Part shown: piece after piece, positions 17,675 through 26,517 of the stretch | How positions within the stretch are numbered: position 1 is the stretch's first letter | How the letters are laid out: each line of letters opens with the position of its first letter | Source of the DNA: a virus | Lineage: Duplodnaviria; Caudoviricetes | Length of the DNA: 26,910 nt | Strand: one strand, 5' to 3' | Virus record (IMG/VR): IMGVR_UViG_3300006893_000278 | Span: 1-26,910 of that record | Notes under the pieces: model-generated | Told to the model about the DNA's origin: nothing | Seen by the model: the letters and a program-made list of their open reading frames with translations, nothing else | The model's database searches: none | Made by a program: the position numbers and the translations under genes

Positions 17675-18301
17675 GTGACCGCGATCTTTCCCTCGCTTCC
17701 CGGCCTTGGCTGGTCGGTCGCAAAGGCGCCGCGCTTTGCGACCCGCGTTCAGAAGGCGATCTCCGGACGGGAATTACGCATCGTCGATCAGCTCTACCCG
17801 ATCTGGACCTTCACGCTGACCTACCAGATCCTGCGCGACGAGCACGATACGCGCGGCGGGAGCGGTCTCGGCGGCGGCTTTGACGAGCTGCGCACGCTGG
17901 CCGGCTTTTTCCTGCAGCAGCGGGGGGCGCTTGGCACATTTCTGTTCGACGATCCGACCGACGACAGCGTCACCGCACAGTATTTCGGCACCGGCGACGG
18001 CTCGAATACGACGTTCCAGCTGTATCGCACCTTTGGCGGTTTCTTCGAGCCGATCGTCGCGCCGCACAATGTCAGCGCGGTCTATTTCAACGGCATCCTG
18101 CAATCGTCGTCGAACTACAGCATCAACGCCGCGACCGGAATCGTCACGTTCACCGCCCCGCCGCCCTCTGGGGTGACCATCACCGGCGACTTCACCTATT
18201 ACTTTCTGGTGCGATTTGCCGACGACACCGCCGAGTTCGAGAACTTCATGTACCAGCTGTGGTCGCTGAAGCAGATCAAACTGGAGTCGGTGTTGCTATG
18301 A
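17675..18301 (+). CDS. DUF2460 distal tail protein (RcGTA g12-like)
   Basis: FPSLPGLGW..PRFATRVQ..SGRE, LAGFFLQQRG..FLFDDP, GTGDGSNTTFQL, VRFADD. Confidence 0.9.
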   Translation: MTAIFPSLPGLGWSVAKAPRFATRVQKAISGRELRIVDQLYPIWTFTLTYQILRDEHDTRGGSGLGGGFDELRTLAGFFLQQRGALGTFLFDDPTDDSVTAQYFGTGDGSNTTFQLYRTFGGFFEPIVAPHNVSAVYFNGILQSSSNYSINAATGIVTFTAPPPSGVTITGDFTYYFLVRFADDTAEFENFMYQLWSLKQIKLESVLL

Positions 18302-19254
18302 GACCGTGTTCGGCCGCGTTGTCGACCTATCTGAATAACGCCGCGAATCTCGAGGTCGTGCAGGTCGATCTCTACACCTTCGCGCTAGCTTCGGGCGAGG
18401 TCGTGCGCTGGTCGGGCGGCAATACGGCGCTGACGATCCCTGGCGCCGGGTTTCCGCTCGGCAGCATCAATTACGGCTCGAGCCAGACCTTCGCGCTCGG
18501 GCCCCGCTTTGGCCGCTCCAAGGTCACCACCAAGATCGGGGTGCAGGCGGCCGAGCTCGACATCGATGTCATGGCTGGTGCGGGCGATGTGATCGGCACC
18601 TTCCCCATCGCCGAGGCGGTGCGGATCGGCCTCTTCGATGGTGCGACGGTCGAGCTCGACCGGCTGTTTGCGCCGCCGCAGGCGTCCGGCACCGGCGGGC
18701 TCGACACCGGCTTGGGATGTCTGTTGTGGTTCTACGGTCGGGTCGCCTATTGCGATGTCGGACGGTCGAAGATCGCGATCAAGGTCAAGTCGCTGATGAA
18801 TTTGCTGGCGATCCAGCAGATGCCGCGGCGGCTCTATGGCGCGGCCTGCACACATATCTTTGGCGACGCGATGTGCGGCTACAACCGGGTCGCCGGCCAG
18901 AACGCGCTCGGCGCCGGGACAGGGGTCGGCCAGACCACGGTGACCGCGGCCTCGGGATCGAACCAGGGCCAGATCATTTGCACGGGGGCGGTCAGCACCA
19001 ACTACAACGAAGGGACGATTATGGGCGCGACCGGCGCCAATGCCGGCTATAGCCGCACCGTTGCCAGTGCCGGAATCATCACCGCCAACACGATCGGCCT
19101 CTTCAAGGCATTTTTGTTCCCGGTCACGGTCGGTGACACCTTTACGGTGCTGCCGGGCTGCGACCACACGACCGCGACGTGCAGCAACGTCTTCAACAAC
19201 CTGCAACGGTTCGGGGGCTTTCCTTACATCCCGCCGCCAGAATTTGCGGTGTAA
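18298..19254 (+). CDS. DUF2163 / BR0599 baseplate hub protein (RcGTA g13-like)
   Basis: GLFDGA, CTHIFGDAMC and PGCDHTTATCSNVFNNLQRFGGFPYIP Cys motifs; ATGA overlap. Confidence 0.9.
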   Translation: MRPCSAALSTYLNNAANLEVVQVDLYTFALASGEVVRWSGGNTALTIPGAGFPLGSINYGSSQTFALGPRFGRSKVTTKIGVQAAELDIDVMAGAGDVIGTFPIAEAVRIGLFDGATVELDRLFAPPQASGTGGLDTGLGCLLWFYGRVAYCDVGRSKIAIKVKSLMNLLAIQQMPRRLYGAACTHIFGDAMCGYNRVAGQNALGAGTGVGQTTVTAASGSNQGQIICTGAVSTNYNEGTIMGATGANAGYSRTVASAGIITANTIGLFKAFLFPVTVGDTFTVLPGCDHTTATCSNVFNNLQRFGGFPYIPPPEFAV

Positions 19255-19258
19255 GCCG

Positions 19259-19402
19259 ATGAATCCGGCCCGCCCGATCGCGATCGTGTTCGACCCGCAT
19301 GTCGGCAACGCGATCATCGCTTTGATAATCGCGCTGGTCGCCGCCGCATTTGCCTTTGCGCTCGGCCTGCCGAACAACCCGACGCGCAGACGGCGTCGCT
19401 GA
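19259..19402 (+). CDS. Small single-pass membrane peptide (47 aa)
   Basis: AIIALIIALVAAAFAFALGL followed by RRRRR; weak RBS. Confidence 0.45.
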   Translation: MNPARPIAIVFDPHVGNAIIALIIALVAAAFAFALGLPNNPTRRRRR

Positions 19403-19481
19403 CATCTGTGCCGCCGGCCCCGTCGGGCATCGGCGGCGCGCGCACGACTCCAGCCCGACGCAAAACCCCAGGAGTTTCACC

Positions 19482-19880
19482 ATGAGCGACCCCGTCACCA
19501 GCACCGCCAGCGGCGCCGTCACCGGCGACAACATCGCCCAGGTCATAGCGCAAGCGGTCGCCGCTGCGGTCACGACCTCGATGAACGAGGTCACCGCCAA
19601 GATCAACCAGATGCTGCAGAGCGTCTCGGAAAACGTCAAAAAGCAGTCGGCCAACGAGGACACCAATTTCGAGGCCTCGGTGACCGGCGCCTACGACATG
19701 TTCGACGATCTGCGGCGCGCCAACGTCTCGCGCGACCGCATCGCGGTCTATGCCGAAAAGGCGCTCGCCAACGCCATCGAGGTGTCGCACGCCTGCTCGA
19801 TGCGCAGCCTTGACCATTTCGGCGCGCTGCCGCCGATCGCGCCGCGTTCGGCGACCGGCCCCGGTACCTCCGGAGCATAG
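19482..19880 (+). CDS. Hypothetical helical protein
   Basis: CAGGAG RBS; clean codon usage; 132 aa. Confidence 0.75.
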   Translation: MSDPVTSTASGAVTGDNIAQVIAQAVAAAVTTSMNEVTAKINQMLQSVSENVKKQSANEDTNFEASVTGAYDMFDDLRRANVSRDRIAVYAEKALANAIEVSHACSMRSLDHFGALPPIAPRSATGPGTSGA

Positions 19881-19890
19881 GCGGCGGGGC

Positions 19891-20343
19891 ATGGCAGTGA
19901 CATCAGGCGCGGCGGGCGAGGATCCCCGCCGCGCCGCCGTCATCGCCGACGCCGAGGCGTGGATCGGGACGCCGTTCCACCACGCCGCGCGGGTCAAGGG
20001 GGCCGGCGTCGACTGCCTGATGCTGTTGGCCGAGGTCTATGAGCAGGCCGGCGTCGCGCCGCATATCGAGCCGGGCTTCTACGTGCCTGACTGGCACATG
20101 CACCGCGATGCCGAGCGCTACATGGAGGGCCTCATCGCCTATGCGCGCGAGATCGAGGGGCCGCCGGAGAGGGGCGACATCGCATTGTTCCGCTTCGGCC
20201 GGACCTTCTCGCACGGCGCGATCGTCGTCGAATGGCCGCGCCTCATCCATGCGTACTGGGCGGTCGGGGTCGTCTGGGGCGATGCAAGTTTGCTCCCGCT
20301 GAAGGGGCGCGCAGTGCGGTTTTTCACGCCGTTTCCGGAGTGA
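19891..20343 (+). CDS. NlpC/P60 cell-wall peptidase (RcGTA g14-like)
   Basis: WIGTPFHH..GVDC (catalytic Cys), SHGAIV and LIHAY histidines. Confidence 0.9.
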   Translation: MAVTSGAAGEDPRRAAVIADAEAWIGTPFHHAARVKGAGVDCLMLLAEVYEQAGVAPHIEPGFYVPDWHMHRDAERYMEGLIAYAREIEGPPERGDIALFRFGRTFSHGAIVVEWPRLIHAYWAVGVVWGDASLLPLKGRAVRFFTPFPE

Positions 20344-20345
20344 GG

Positions 20346-20534
20346 ATGAGCAGCCCGGTGGCCGACTCTTTCGATTTCATCCGGACGCGTCTGCGGGAGA
20401 TCCGCGCCGCCGAGGTGCCGTTCTGCCCGCTCAACATGGGCCGGACCTTATTCGATTGCCTGCGCTCGGCGGCGCGATGCCCCGAGACCTGTCCAGACCG
20501 CAACGACTGGATAGGGCCGCAATCCGATGCCTGA
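20346..20534 (+). CDS. Small four-Cys hypothetical protein
   Basis: GGAG/GAGG RBS; fills the gap and overlaps the next start; C-x11-C-x6-C-x3-C. Confidence 0.5.
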   Translation: MSSPVADSFDFIRTRLREIRAAEVPFCPLNMGRTLFDCLRSAARCPETCPDRNDWIGPQSDA

Positions 20535-21897
20535 CGGCAGCGATTTTCCCGGCGGCAAGGGCGGCGGTCCGACGCCGTTCTCGAACGCCTTCAAGTCGGC
20601 GACGCTCGCCTCGTTGCGCTACAACACGAGCCAAGCCGGCAGCCCGGTCCCGCTTTGCTACGGCTGCCACCGGGTCTCGATCAACCTCTTGGAGTTCTGG
20701 GGCCAGCAGGGCTTCAGCACCAGTTCATCGAAGGGCGGCAAGGGGATTGGCGGCTCCGGCGGCAAGAAGGGTTCGGGCGCCAATTATTCGGTCGATGTCG
20801 CGTTTGGCATCTGCCAGGGCAACATCGCCTTCATCGGCGCCCCGAATGGGTTTTTGAACGGCTCAATCCGGGAGAACCGGGTGTGGTCGTCGGGCTCGGT
20901 CGCCGGCATCAATGGCCTGCCGATCAACGTCTATGGCGGCATCGACGGACAAAATCCGGACCCAGTATTCGCAAGCAGCGATCCCAACACCCCGGTCTTG
21001 GGCTATTCCGGCACCGCCTATGCGACCGGCACGCCCCTGCAATTGGGCTCGACCCCGGCCTTGCCGAACATCTCGTTCGAGATCACCGGGTTCGGGTTCG
21101 GCACTCCGGGATGCGGCCCCGGCTTTCCGGGCGACACCAACCCGGCCTTTATCGTTTCCGATCTTTTGACCAATTCGCGCTACGGCGCTGGCTTTCCGTC
21201 GGGCAATCTCGACATTTCAGGATCGCTCGCCGACTTCGCCAACTACTGTCAGGCGGCGTTGATCGCGATGTCGATGCTCTTGGACCGTCAGCAACCCTGC
21301 GCGCGGTGGCTCGAGGAGATCGCCCAGCTCACCGTCGCGGCGGTCGTCTGGTCGGGAAGCCTGTTGAAGGTCGTCCCCTATGGCGACCAGCCGCTCGACG
21401 GCAACGGCGCGACCTGGACGCCAAACCTGACCTGGCAATACAGCCTTACCGATACCGATTTCCTCGATTTCGGCGGCGGCAGCGACCCGGTGATGCTGAC
21501 CCGCAGCGACCCGGCGGCGGCGACCAACTGGCTCAGCATCGAGTACATGGACAGCTTCAACAACTACAACCCGCAGATCGTGCCCGTGTTCGACCAGGGC
21601 CTCATCGACCAGTATGGGCTGCGGAGCGAGCCATCGGTACAGGGCCACCAGTTCACCAATGCGGTGAGCGCCCAGATCTCGGCCCAGATGCAATTGCAGC
21701 GCAAGGCCTATGTCCGCAACACCTACAAATGGAAGCTCGGCTGGCGCTATTCGCTCATCGAGCCGATGGATATCGTGCTGCTGACCGACGCGACACTGGG
21801 GCTCGTCGACACCGCAGTCCGCGTCACCCAGATCGACGAAGACGATAACGGCGAGCTGACCGTCACCGCCGAGGAAATTCCGGGGTTGACGCCGTGA
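20527..21897 (+). CDS. Tail tip / host-specificity protein (lambda J / megatron-like), N-terminal part
   Basis: GSPVPLCYG, LPNISFEI, NPAFIVSDLLTNSRYGAG, IEPMDIVLL..VRVTQIDEDDNGELTVTAEE. Confidence 0.85.
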   Translation: MPDGSDFPGGKGGGPTPFSNAFKSATLASLRYNTSQAGSPVPLCYGCHRVSINLLEFWGQQGFSTSSSKGGKGIGGSGGKKGSGANYSVDVAFGICQGNIAFIGAPNGFLNGSIRENRVWSSGSVAGINGLPINVYGGIDGQNPDPVFASSDPNTPVLGYSGTAYATGTPLQLGSTPALPNISFEITGFGFGTPGCGPGFPGDTNPAFIVSDLLTNSRYGAGFPSGNLDISGSLADFANYCQAALIAMSMLLDRQQPCARWLEEIAQLTVAAVVWSGSLLKVVPYGDQPLDGNGATWTPNLTWQYSLTDTDFLDFGGGSDPVMLTRSDPAAATNWLSIEYMDSFNNYNPQIVPVFDQGLIDQYGLRSEPSVQGHQFTNAVSAQISAQMQLQRKAYVRNTYKWKLGWRYSLIEPMDIVLLTDATLGLVDTAVRVTQIDEDDNGELTVTAEEIPGLTP

Positions 21898-21910
21898 ACG
21901 AAGGCGTCTG

Positions 21911-23185
21911 ATGCCCGGAACGATCACCCCAATCGGGGTCGGCACCGCGCAGCAATACACGCGGCAGACCAGCGCCGGGACCGGCCCCGACATGCTGGTC
22001 GATCCCGGCAACAGCAACGCGCCAATCATTTTCGAGCCGCCGGCGGCATTGTCGGGCGGCGCCCTCGAAATTTGGATGATCACCTCGGGCGGCACCGCAA
22101 CGCTGGCGACCAACGCGGCGACCGCCTCGGGCAATGTGCTGCATTTCGCGGGTCCGCTGCCGACCGCGGTCGTCACCGGTGTCGTCGTCGAGGATCAGAC
22201 AACCGCGGCGGCGATCCCGGCCGGCACGACCGTCGTGAGCGCGACCACCGCCTCGGTGACGCTGAGCGCCGATGTCGCAGGCGGCGGGGTTGGCAATGGC
22301 GACACGATCGCCTTCTACAGCCCGAACTGGGGCGGCTGCCAGGTCTGGGTGTCATCGGACGGCAGCACCTATGCGCTGGCCGGCACGATCTATAGGGGCG
22401 CGCGCCAGGGCGTCCTGACCGCGAGCCTGCCGAGCCATGCCGACCCCGACACGACCGACACGCTCAGCGTCGACCTCGCCCAGAGCCAGGGGCAGATGCT
22501 GTCGGGCACCTCGGCCGACATGAACAATTTCGTGACGCTGTGCTATTGCGACGGCGAACTCGTCAGCTACCAGACCGCGACGCTCGCCGCTTCCTACAAA
22601 TACAATCTGACGACCCTGCGGCGCGGGGTCTACGGGACGCCGATCGGCAGCCATTCCACCGGCGCCGCTTTCGCGCGCTTCGGCCCGAACGACCCCTCGC
22701 TGTTCAAATACGCCTACCCCGCAAACTTCGCCGGCCAGACGATCTATGTAAAGCTGCCGGCGTTCAACACCTACGGCCAGGCCCTGCAGAGCCTCGCCGG
22801 GGTGAGCGCCTACACGCACGCGCTGACCGGCGCCGGCGGCGCCGCGCTGGTCGTATCGGGCTCCTACACCGGCCCGACGACGCCGTCGCTGGTCGTGCAG
22901 CGCTACATCTTCGCCCGGCCGGCGAGCTTCCCGGCCGGGCTCAACGGCAGCCAGGGCGCGGCCGGGACCGCGGCGACGGCGACAACGACCTACAACATCC
23001 AGAAGAACGGCAGCAACATCGGGACGATGGTGTTTGCGGCGAGCGCGACGAGCGCAAGCTTCACGATGGCGAGCGCCACCTCTTTTACGGTTGGCGACGT
23101 GCTGACGATCGTCGCCCCGGCATCACCCGACGCCACCCTGGCTTCGGTCTTCTGGAGCCTGTCGGGCACCAAACTTTCGCCATGA
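21911..23185 (+). CDS. Tail tip protein, C-terminal part
   Basis: PIIFEPP, WGGCQVWVSSDG, DGELVSY..YNLTTLRRGVYGT, IYVKLPAFN, plus a C-terminal beta domain. Confidence 0.8.
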   Translation: MPGTITPIGVGTAQQYTRQTSAGTGPDMLVDPGNSNAPIIFEPPAALSGGALEIWMITSGGTATLATNAATASGNVLHFAGPLPTAVVTGVVVEDQTTAAAIPAGTTVVSATTASVTLSADVAGGGVGNGDTIAFYSPNWGGCQVWVSSDGSTYALAGTIYRGARQGVLTASLPSHADPDTTDTLSVDLAQSQGQMLSGTSADMNNFVTLCYCDGELVSYQTATLAASYKYNLTTLRRGVYGTPIGSHSTGAAFARFGPNDPSLFKYAYPANFAGQTIYVKLPAFNTYGQALQSLAGVSAYTHALTGAGGAALVVSGSYTGPTTPSLVVQRYIFARPASFPAGLNGSQGAAGTAATATTTYNIQKNGSNIGTMVFAASATSASFTMASATSFTVGDVLTIVAPASPDATLASVFWSLSGTKLSP

Positions 23186-24582
23186 CGCGCCTCCTCGCCT
23201 TTGGCTGCGCTCTATTGCTCGTGGAACTGGGCTGCCCAGCAGCGCGGGCGCAGCTTTTGGGCGCCAACGATTACTGGCGCTTTCCCTCGGCGAATGTGCC
23301 CGCTTTCTTTGTCGCGACCACCGGCAATGACAGCAACGCCGGCACGCTGGCGGCTCCCTTCGCAACTCTCGGCAAATGCCAGACGGCGATGCAAGGCTCC
23401 GGCACAACCAAGACCTGCTACATCCGGGCGGGAACCTACACGCCCGCCTCGGCCGGCACGGCATGTACGTCGCAAGGAGACGCCCTCGACCTCACCAGTT
23501 CCGACAACGGAGAAACCTGGTCGTACTATCCGCCTGACGGATATGGAACCGCGATCATCAACGGGGGCGCAGTTGCCAATACCGGGCTGGGCGTCGGGCT
23601 CTGCTCGTCGGCGACCAACCTGACCGTCAACGGCCTCTACTTCGAGAATTTCCAGATCGCCGGGATACAGTCCTCCGGTAGCGCGCCCGTGATCAAGAAC
23701 AATGCGGTCAAGGGCATCACGAACACCGCCAGCCAAACCTATTCGATCGTTATGAACTGCGCGCTGGGCGGGCAGATCCTCAACAACGAGATCGTCAACT
23801 CCACCGGCCACGGCATCGCGGTTTATCCGACCGCCACGGGGTGCGCCGACAACCTGCTGATCGCCTACAATTATATTCAAAATGTGATAACGGCGCAGAT
23901 CGACAATGGTGGGGTTTACCTCGAATGGACCAACGGCGGGATTGGTGGGACCTTCTACCCGCAGACCGGTGTTGTGGTGAAATACAACTATGTCGCGGAT
24001 GTCTACTCCGGCGGCGGTGGGGTTTGCTATTATTGGGATGATCTCACCAACAACATCACCTTCACGGGAAACATCTGCCGTCGTGGAGGCACAAATCACT
24101 ATCCGGCGTTCTACAACCACGGTGGCAGCAGCAATGTCGGCGGCGGCAACATAGTTGATCTCACGGGGGATAGTGGTCAGCCGCAACAAGGCGCGCTGTA
24201 TATCTCCGGGACGATGACCGGCAACACCTGGACGAACGGCCTCGTTGTCGCAAACCTAACGAGCGGAACCGGCGGCGGCTTTAACTGCAATTCCGGACCG
24301 TGCGGAACGTGGACCCTCGGGCCGAATGACTACTACAACTACGGCTCAAGCGGCGCGCTCACGACTACGGGCTCGATCGGCAACGACAGCAACCCGCAAA
24401 CCGCGAACCCGAACTTCACCTGTGGCTGGGAATACACGCTGCCGAGCAGCAGCCCGGTCTACAGCTCGCCGGTGAATTTCCCGGCGCAACCGAGTGCATG
24501 GGGTACGGCAGGATTCTGGGGGCCGCCCGGCTTCACCATCCCGCAGACCGGCACGGTGCCGTCGCCGCCGCACACATGCTGA
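23182..24582 (+). CDS. Secreted right-handed beta-helix protein (polysaccharide lyase/adhesin-like)
   Basis: Signal peptide ending ARA|Q; FVATTGNDSNAGTLAAPFATL cap; Asn/Gly-rich beta-helix; DNGGVY and YYWDD motifs; ATGA overlap. Confidence 0.8.
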   Translation: MTRLLAFGCALLLVELGCPAARAQLLGANDYWRFPSANVPAFFVATTGNDSNAGTLAAPFATLGKCQTAMQGSGTTKTCYIRAGTYTPASAGTACTSQGDALDLTSSDNGETWSYYPPDGYGTAIINGGAVANTGLGVGLCSSATNLTVNGLYFENFQIAGIQSSGSAPVIKNNAVKGITNTASQTYSIVMNCALGGQILNNEIVNSTGHGIAVYPTATGCADNLLIAYNYIQNVITAQIDNGGVYLEWTNGGIGGTFYPQTGVVVKYNYVADVYSGGGGVCYYWDDLTNNITFTGNICRRGGTNHYPAFYNHGGSSNVGGGNIVDLTGDSGQPQQGALYISGTMTGNTWTNGLVVANLTSGTGGGFNCNSGPCGTWTLGPNDYYNYGSSGALTTTGSIGNDSNPQTANPNFTCGWEYTLPSSSPVYSSPVNFPAQPSAWGTAGFWGPPGFTIPQTGTVPSPPHTC

Positions 24583-24617
24583 GAATATCGGGTGCTCCCG
24601 ATCGGAGAAGTTGGACC

Positions 24618-25529
24618 ATGGCCCTGGCGGTATTTCCCTCGCTGCCCAACCGCGGCTGGGCGCCGCGCTTTGCGAGGCGCATTTCCGGGCGGCAGACTGC
24701 GAATCGTCGACCAGCCCCTGCCCTCGCCTTTATCTGCGCTCTGGCGATCGCCTGCTTGGATTGTCCGGCGGCGCGGGCGCAGGCCAACTACACGGCGGTG
24801 CCGAACGACAGCGGGTCGGTGTTTTCGTCCTACAACGCTGGCGGCACGTTTACCCTCACCTTGCCACCCAATGCCGGCACGCTGCCGAGCGGCTGGCACG
24901 TCACCGTCGTCAACGACAACGGCAACCAAGTGACGGTCCAGGTCAACGCCACATCCGGCGGGCTGATTCTCTACCCGGCCGCCAATGCGGTGTCGGCGGT
25001 GACCACCGCGGCCGGCAATTACGAGTTCATCCGCCTGGAACACGACAATAGCGGCAACTTCCGGGTGACCGCACTGTCACCACGGACCGCAGCCATGCTC
25101 GGCGTCTCCGGGGCCGGCGGTGGCAATGTCAGCGGCCCCGGCTCCTCGACCGACGGCTGGGCACCGGCCTGGAGCGGCGCCAGCGGCACGGTTCTGGCGA
25201 CCGGCCACCCGGTCAGTAACGCCGGCGCCAGCACGGTCATGGAGACCGATTCGAGTGGCCGCCTTGATGTCACTACACTGCCGGCGACCGCCGTCACCGG
25301 GCCGGGCAGCTCGACCGACGGTTATGCGGCGCGCTGGAGCGGCACCAGCGGCACGGTGCTGGCGGCCGGCTCGCCGGTCGGCAACATCGGCGCCAACACG
25401 GTCATGGAGACCGATTCGAGCGGCCATCTCGCCACCTCGACCCTGAACATCCAAGCCAGCGGCAGCGGCGGCCGGAAGCTCTGCGCCAACGGATCGACGC
25501 TTTACCTCGGCAGCGCCGGCGCGTGCTGA
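24618..25529 (+). CDS. Secreted fibre-like protein, paralog 1
   Basis: GGAG RBS; leader ending ARA|Q; one ~120-aa repeat domain followed by two 55-aa GPGSSTDG repeats. Confidence 0.75.
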   Translation: MALAVFPSLPNRGWAPRFARRISGRQTANRRPAPALAFICALAIACLDCPAARAQANYTAVPNDSGSVFSSYNAGGTFTLTLPPNAGTLPSGWHVTVVNDNGNQVTVQVNATSGGLILYPAANAVSAVTTAAGNYEFIRLEHDNSGNFRVTALSPRTAAMLGVSGAGGGNVSGPGSSTDGWAPAWSGASGTVLATGHPVSNAGASTVMETDSSGRLDVTTLPATAVTGPGSSTDGYAARWSGTSGTVLAAGSPVGNIGANTVMETDSSGHLATSTLNIQASGSGGRKLCANGSTLYLGSAGAC

Positions 25530-26433
25530 CGACCGCGGCGCTGCCGGGAAGCCGCATTGGTACGGTGCCCTCGCCATGATGCGCATCCTCGTTTTCATCT
25601 GCGCTCTAATATTCGCCGGCCTTGGCTGCCCGGCGGCGCAGGCGCAGCTGATCAGCGCCAACGATTATTGGCGCTATCCCTCGGTCAGCAGCTACACCGC
25701 GGTGCCGAACGACAGTGGGTCGGTGTTCTCGGCCTACAACGCGGGCGGCACGTTTACCCTCACCTTGCCGGGCAATGCCGGCACGCTGCCGAGCGGCTGG
25801 CACGTCACCGTCGTCAACGATAACGGCCACCAGGCGACGGTCCAGGTCAACCCCACCTCCGGCGGTCAGATCCTCTACCCGGCCGGCCACGCGGTGTCCA
25901 CGGTGACGACCGCAGCCGGCAATTACGAGTTCCTCAGCGTCGAATACGACAATAGCGGCAACTTTCGGGTAATCGCGGTGTCGCCGCAGACCGCGGGCGC
26001 GCTTGGCATGGCCGGGACCGGCGGCGGCAATGTCAGTGGCCCCGGCTCGTCGACCGCCGGATGGGTCCCGACCTGGAGCGGCGCCAGCGGGACGCTGCTG
26101 GCGACCGGCCACCCGGTCGGCAATTCCGGTGCCAACACGGTCATGGAAACCGATTCGAGCGGCCGCCTCGATGTCACCACGCTACCGGCGACCGCCCTGA
26201 CCGGGCCGGGCAGCTCGACCGACGGCTATGCGGCGCGCTGGAGCGGCTCCAGCGGCACTGTGCTGAGCACCGGTTCGCCGGTCGGCAATTCCGGCCCCAA
26301 CACGGTCATGGAGACCGATTCGAGCGGCCATCTCGCCACCTCGACCTTAAACATCCAAGCAAGCGGCAGCGGCGGCCAGCCGCTCTGCGTCAACGGATCG
26401 ACGCTTTACCTCGGCAGTGGCGGCGCGTGCTGA
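24789..26433 (+). repeat. Tandem gene duplication, 24789-25529 and 25693-26433 (741 bp each), each with an internal 165-bp duplication
   Basis: Collinear, highly similar DNA of equal length ending GGCGCGTGCTGA; internal units start at 25131 and 25296 in copy 1. Confidence 0.95.
25576..26433 (+). CDS. Secreted fibre-like protein, paralog 2
   Basis: Signal peptide MMRILVFICALIFAGLGCPAAQA|Q; same architecture as paralog 1. Confidence 0.8.
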   Translation: MMRILVFICALIFAGLGCPAAQAQLISANDYWRYPSVSSYTAVPNDSGSVFSAYNAGGTFTLTLPGNAGTLPSGWHVTVVNDNGHQATVQVNPTSGGQILYPAGHAVSTVTTAAGNYEFLSVEYDNSGNFRVIAVSPQTAGALGMAGTGGGNVSGPGSSTAGWVPTWSGASGTLLATGHPVGNSGANTVMETDSSGRLDVTTLPATALTGPGSSTDGYAARWSGSSGTVLSTGSPVGNSGPNTVMETDSSGHLATSTLNIQASGSGGQPLCVNGSTLYLGSGGAC

Positions 26434-26517
26434 CAATCGGGCGATGGGTGACGATCATCGCACCCACCTCGCCCAACGCGACGCTCGCCAACCTCCCTCG
26501 ACCCTCCGGGGCACGCT

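Noticed and set aside
19482-19880. RebB / R-body protein
   Set aside because: Only compositional resemblance (small, Ala/Thr/Gln-rich, helical); the characteristic VN.QITD motif is absent.
1084-22176. Long antisense and alternate-frame ORFs (e.g. 1084-2385, 7600-8970, 15027-16523, 18385-19377, 20655-21848, 21217-22176)
   Set aside because: They are Arg/Ala/Pro-rich shadows of recognisable + strand genes in GC-rich DNA, with no motifs or RBS.
12567-23185. Contractile injection system or R-type tailocin
   Set aside because: No sheath, baseplate wedge or VgrG-like genes are recognisable; the tail genes are siphovirus-type.
24789-26433. Diversity-generating retroelement template/variable repeat pair
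   Set aside because: No reverse transcriptase in the window, differences are not adenine-specific, and both copies are whole genes.
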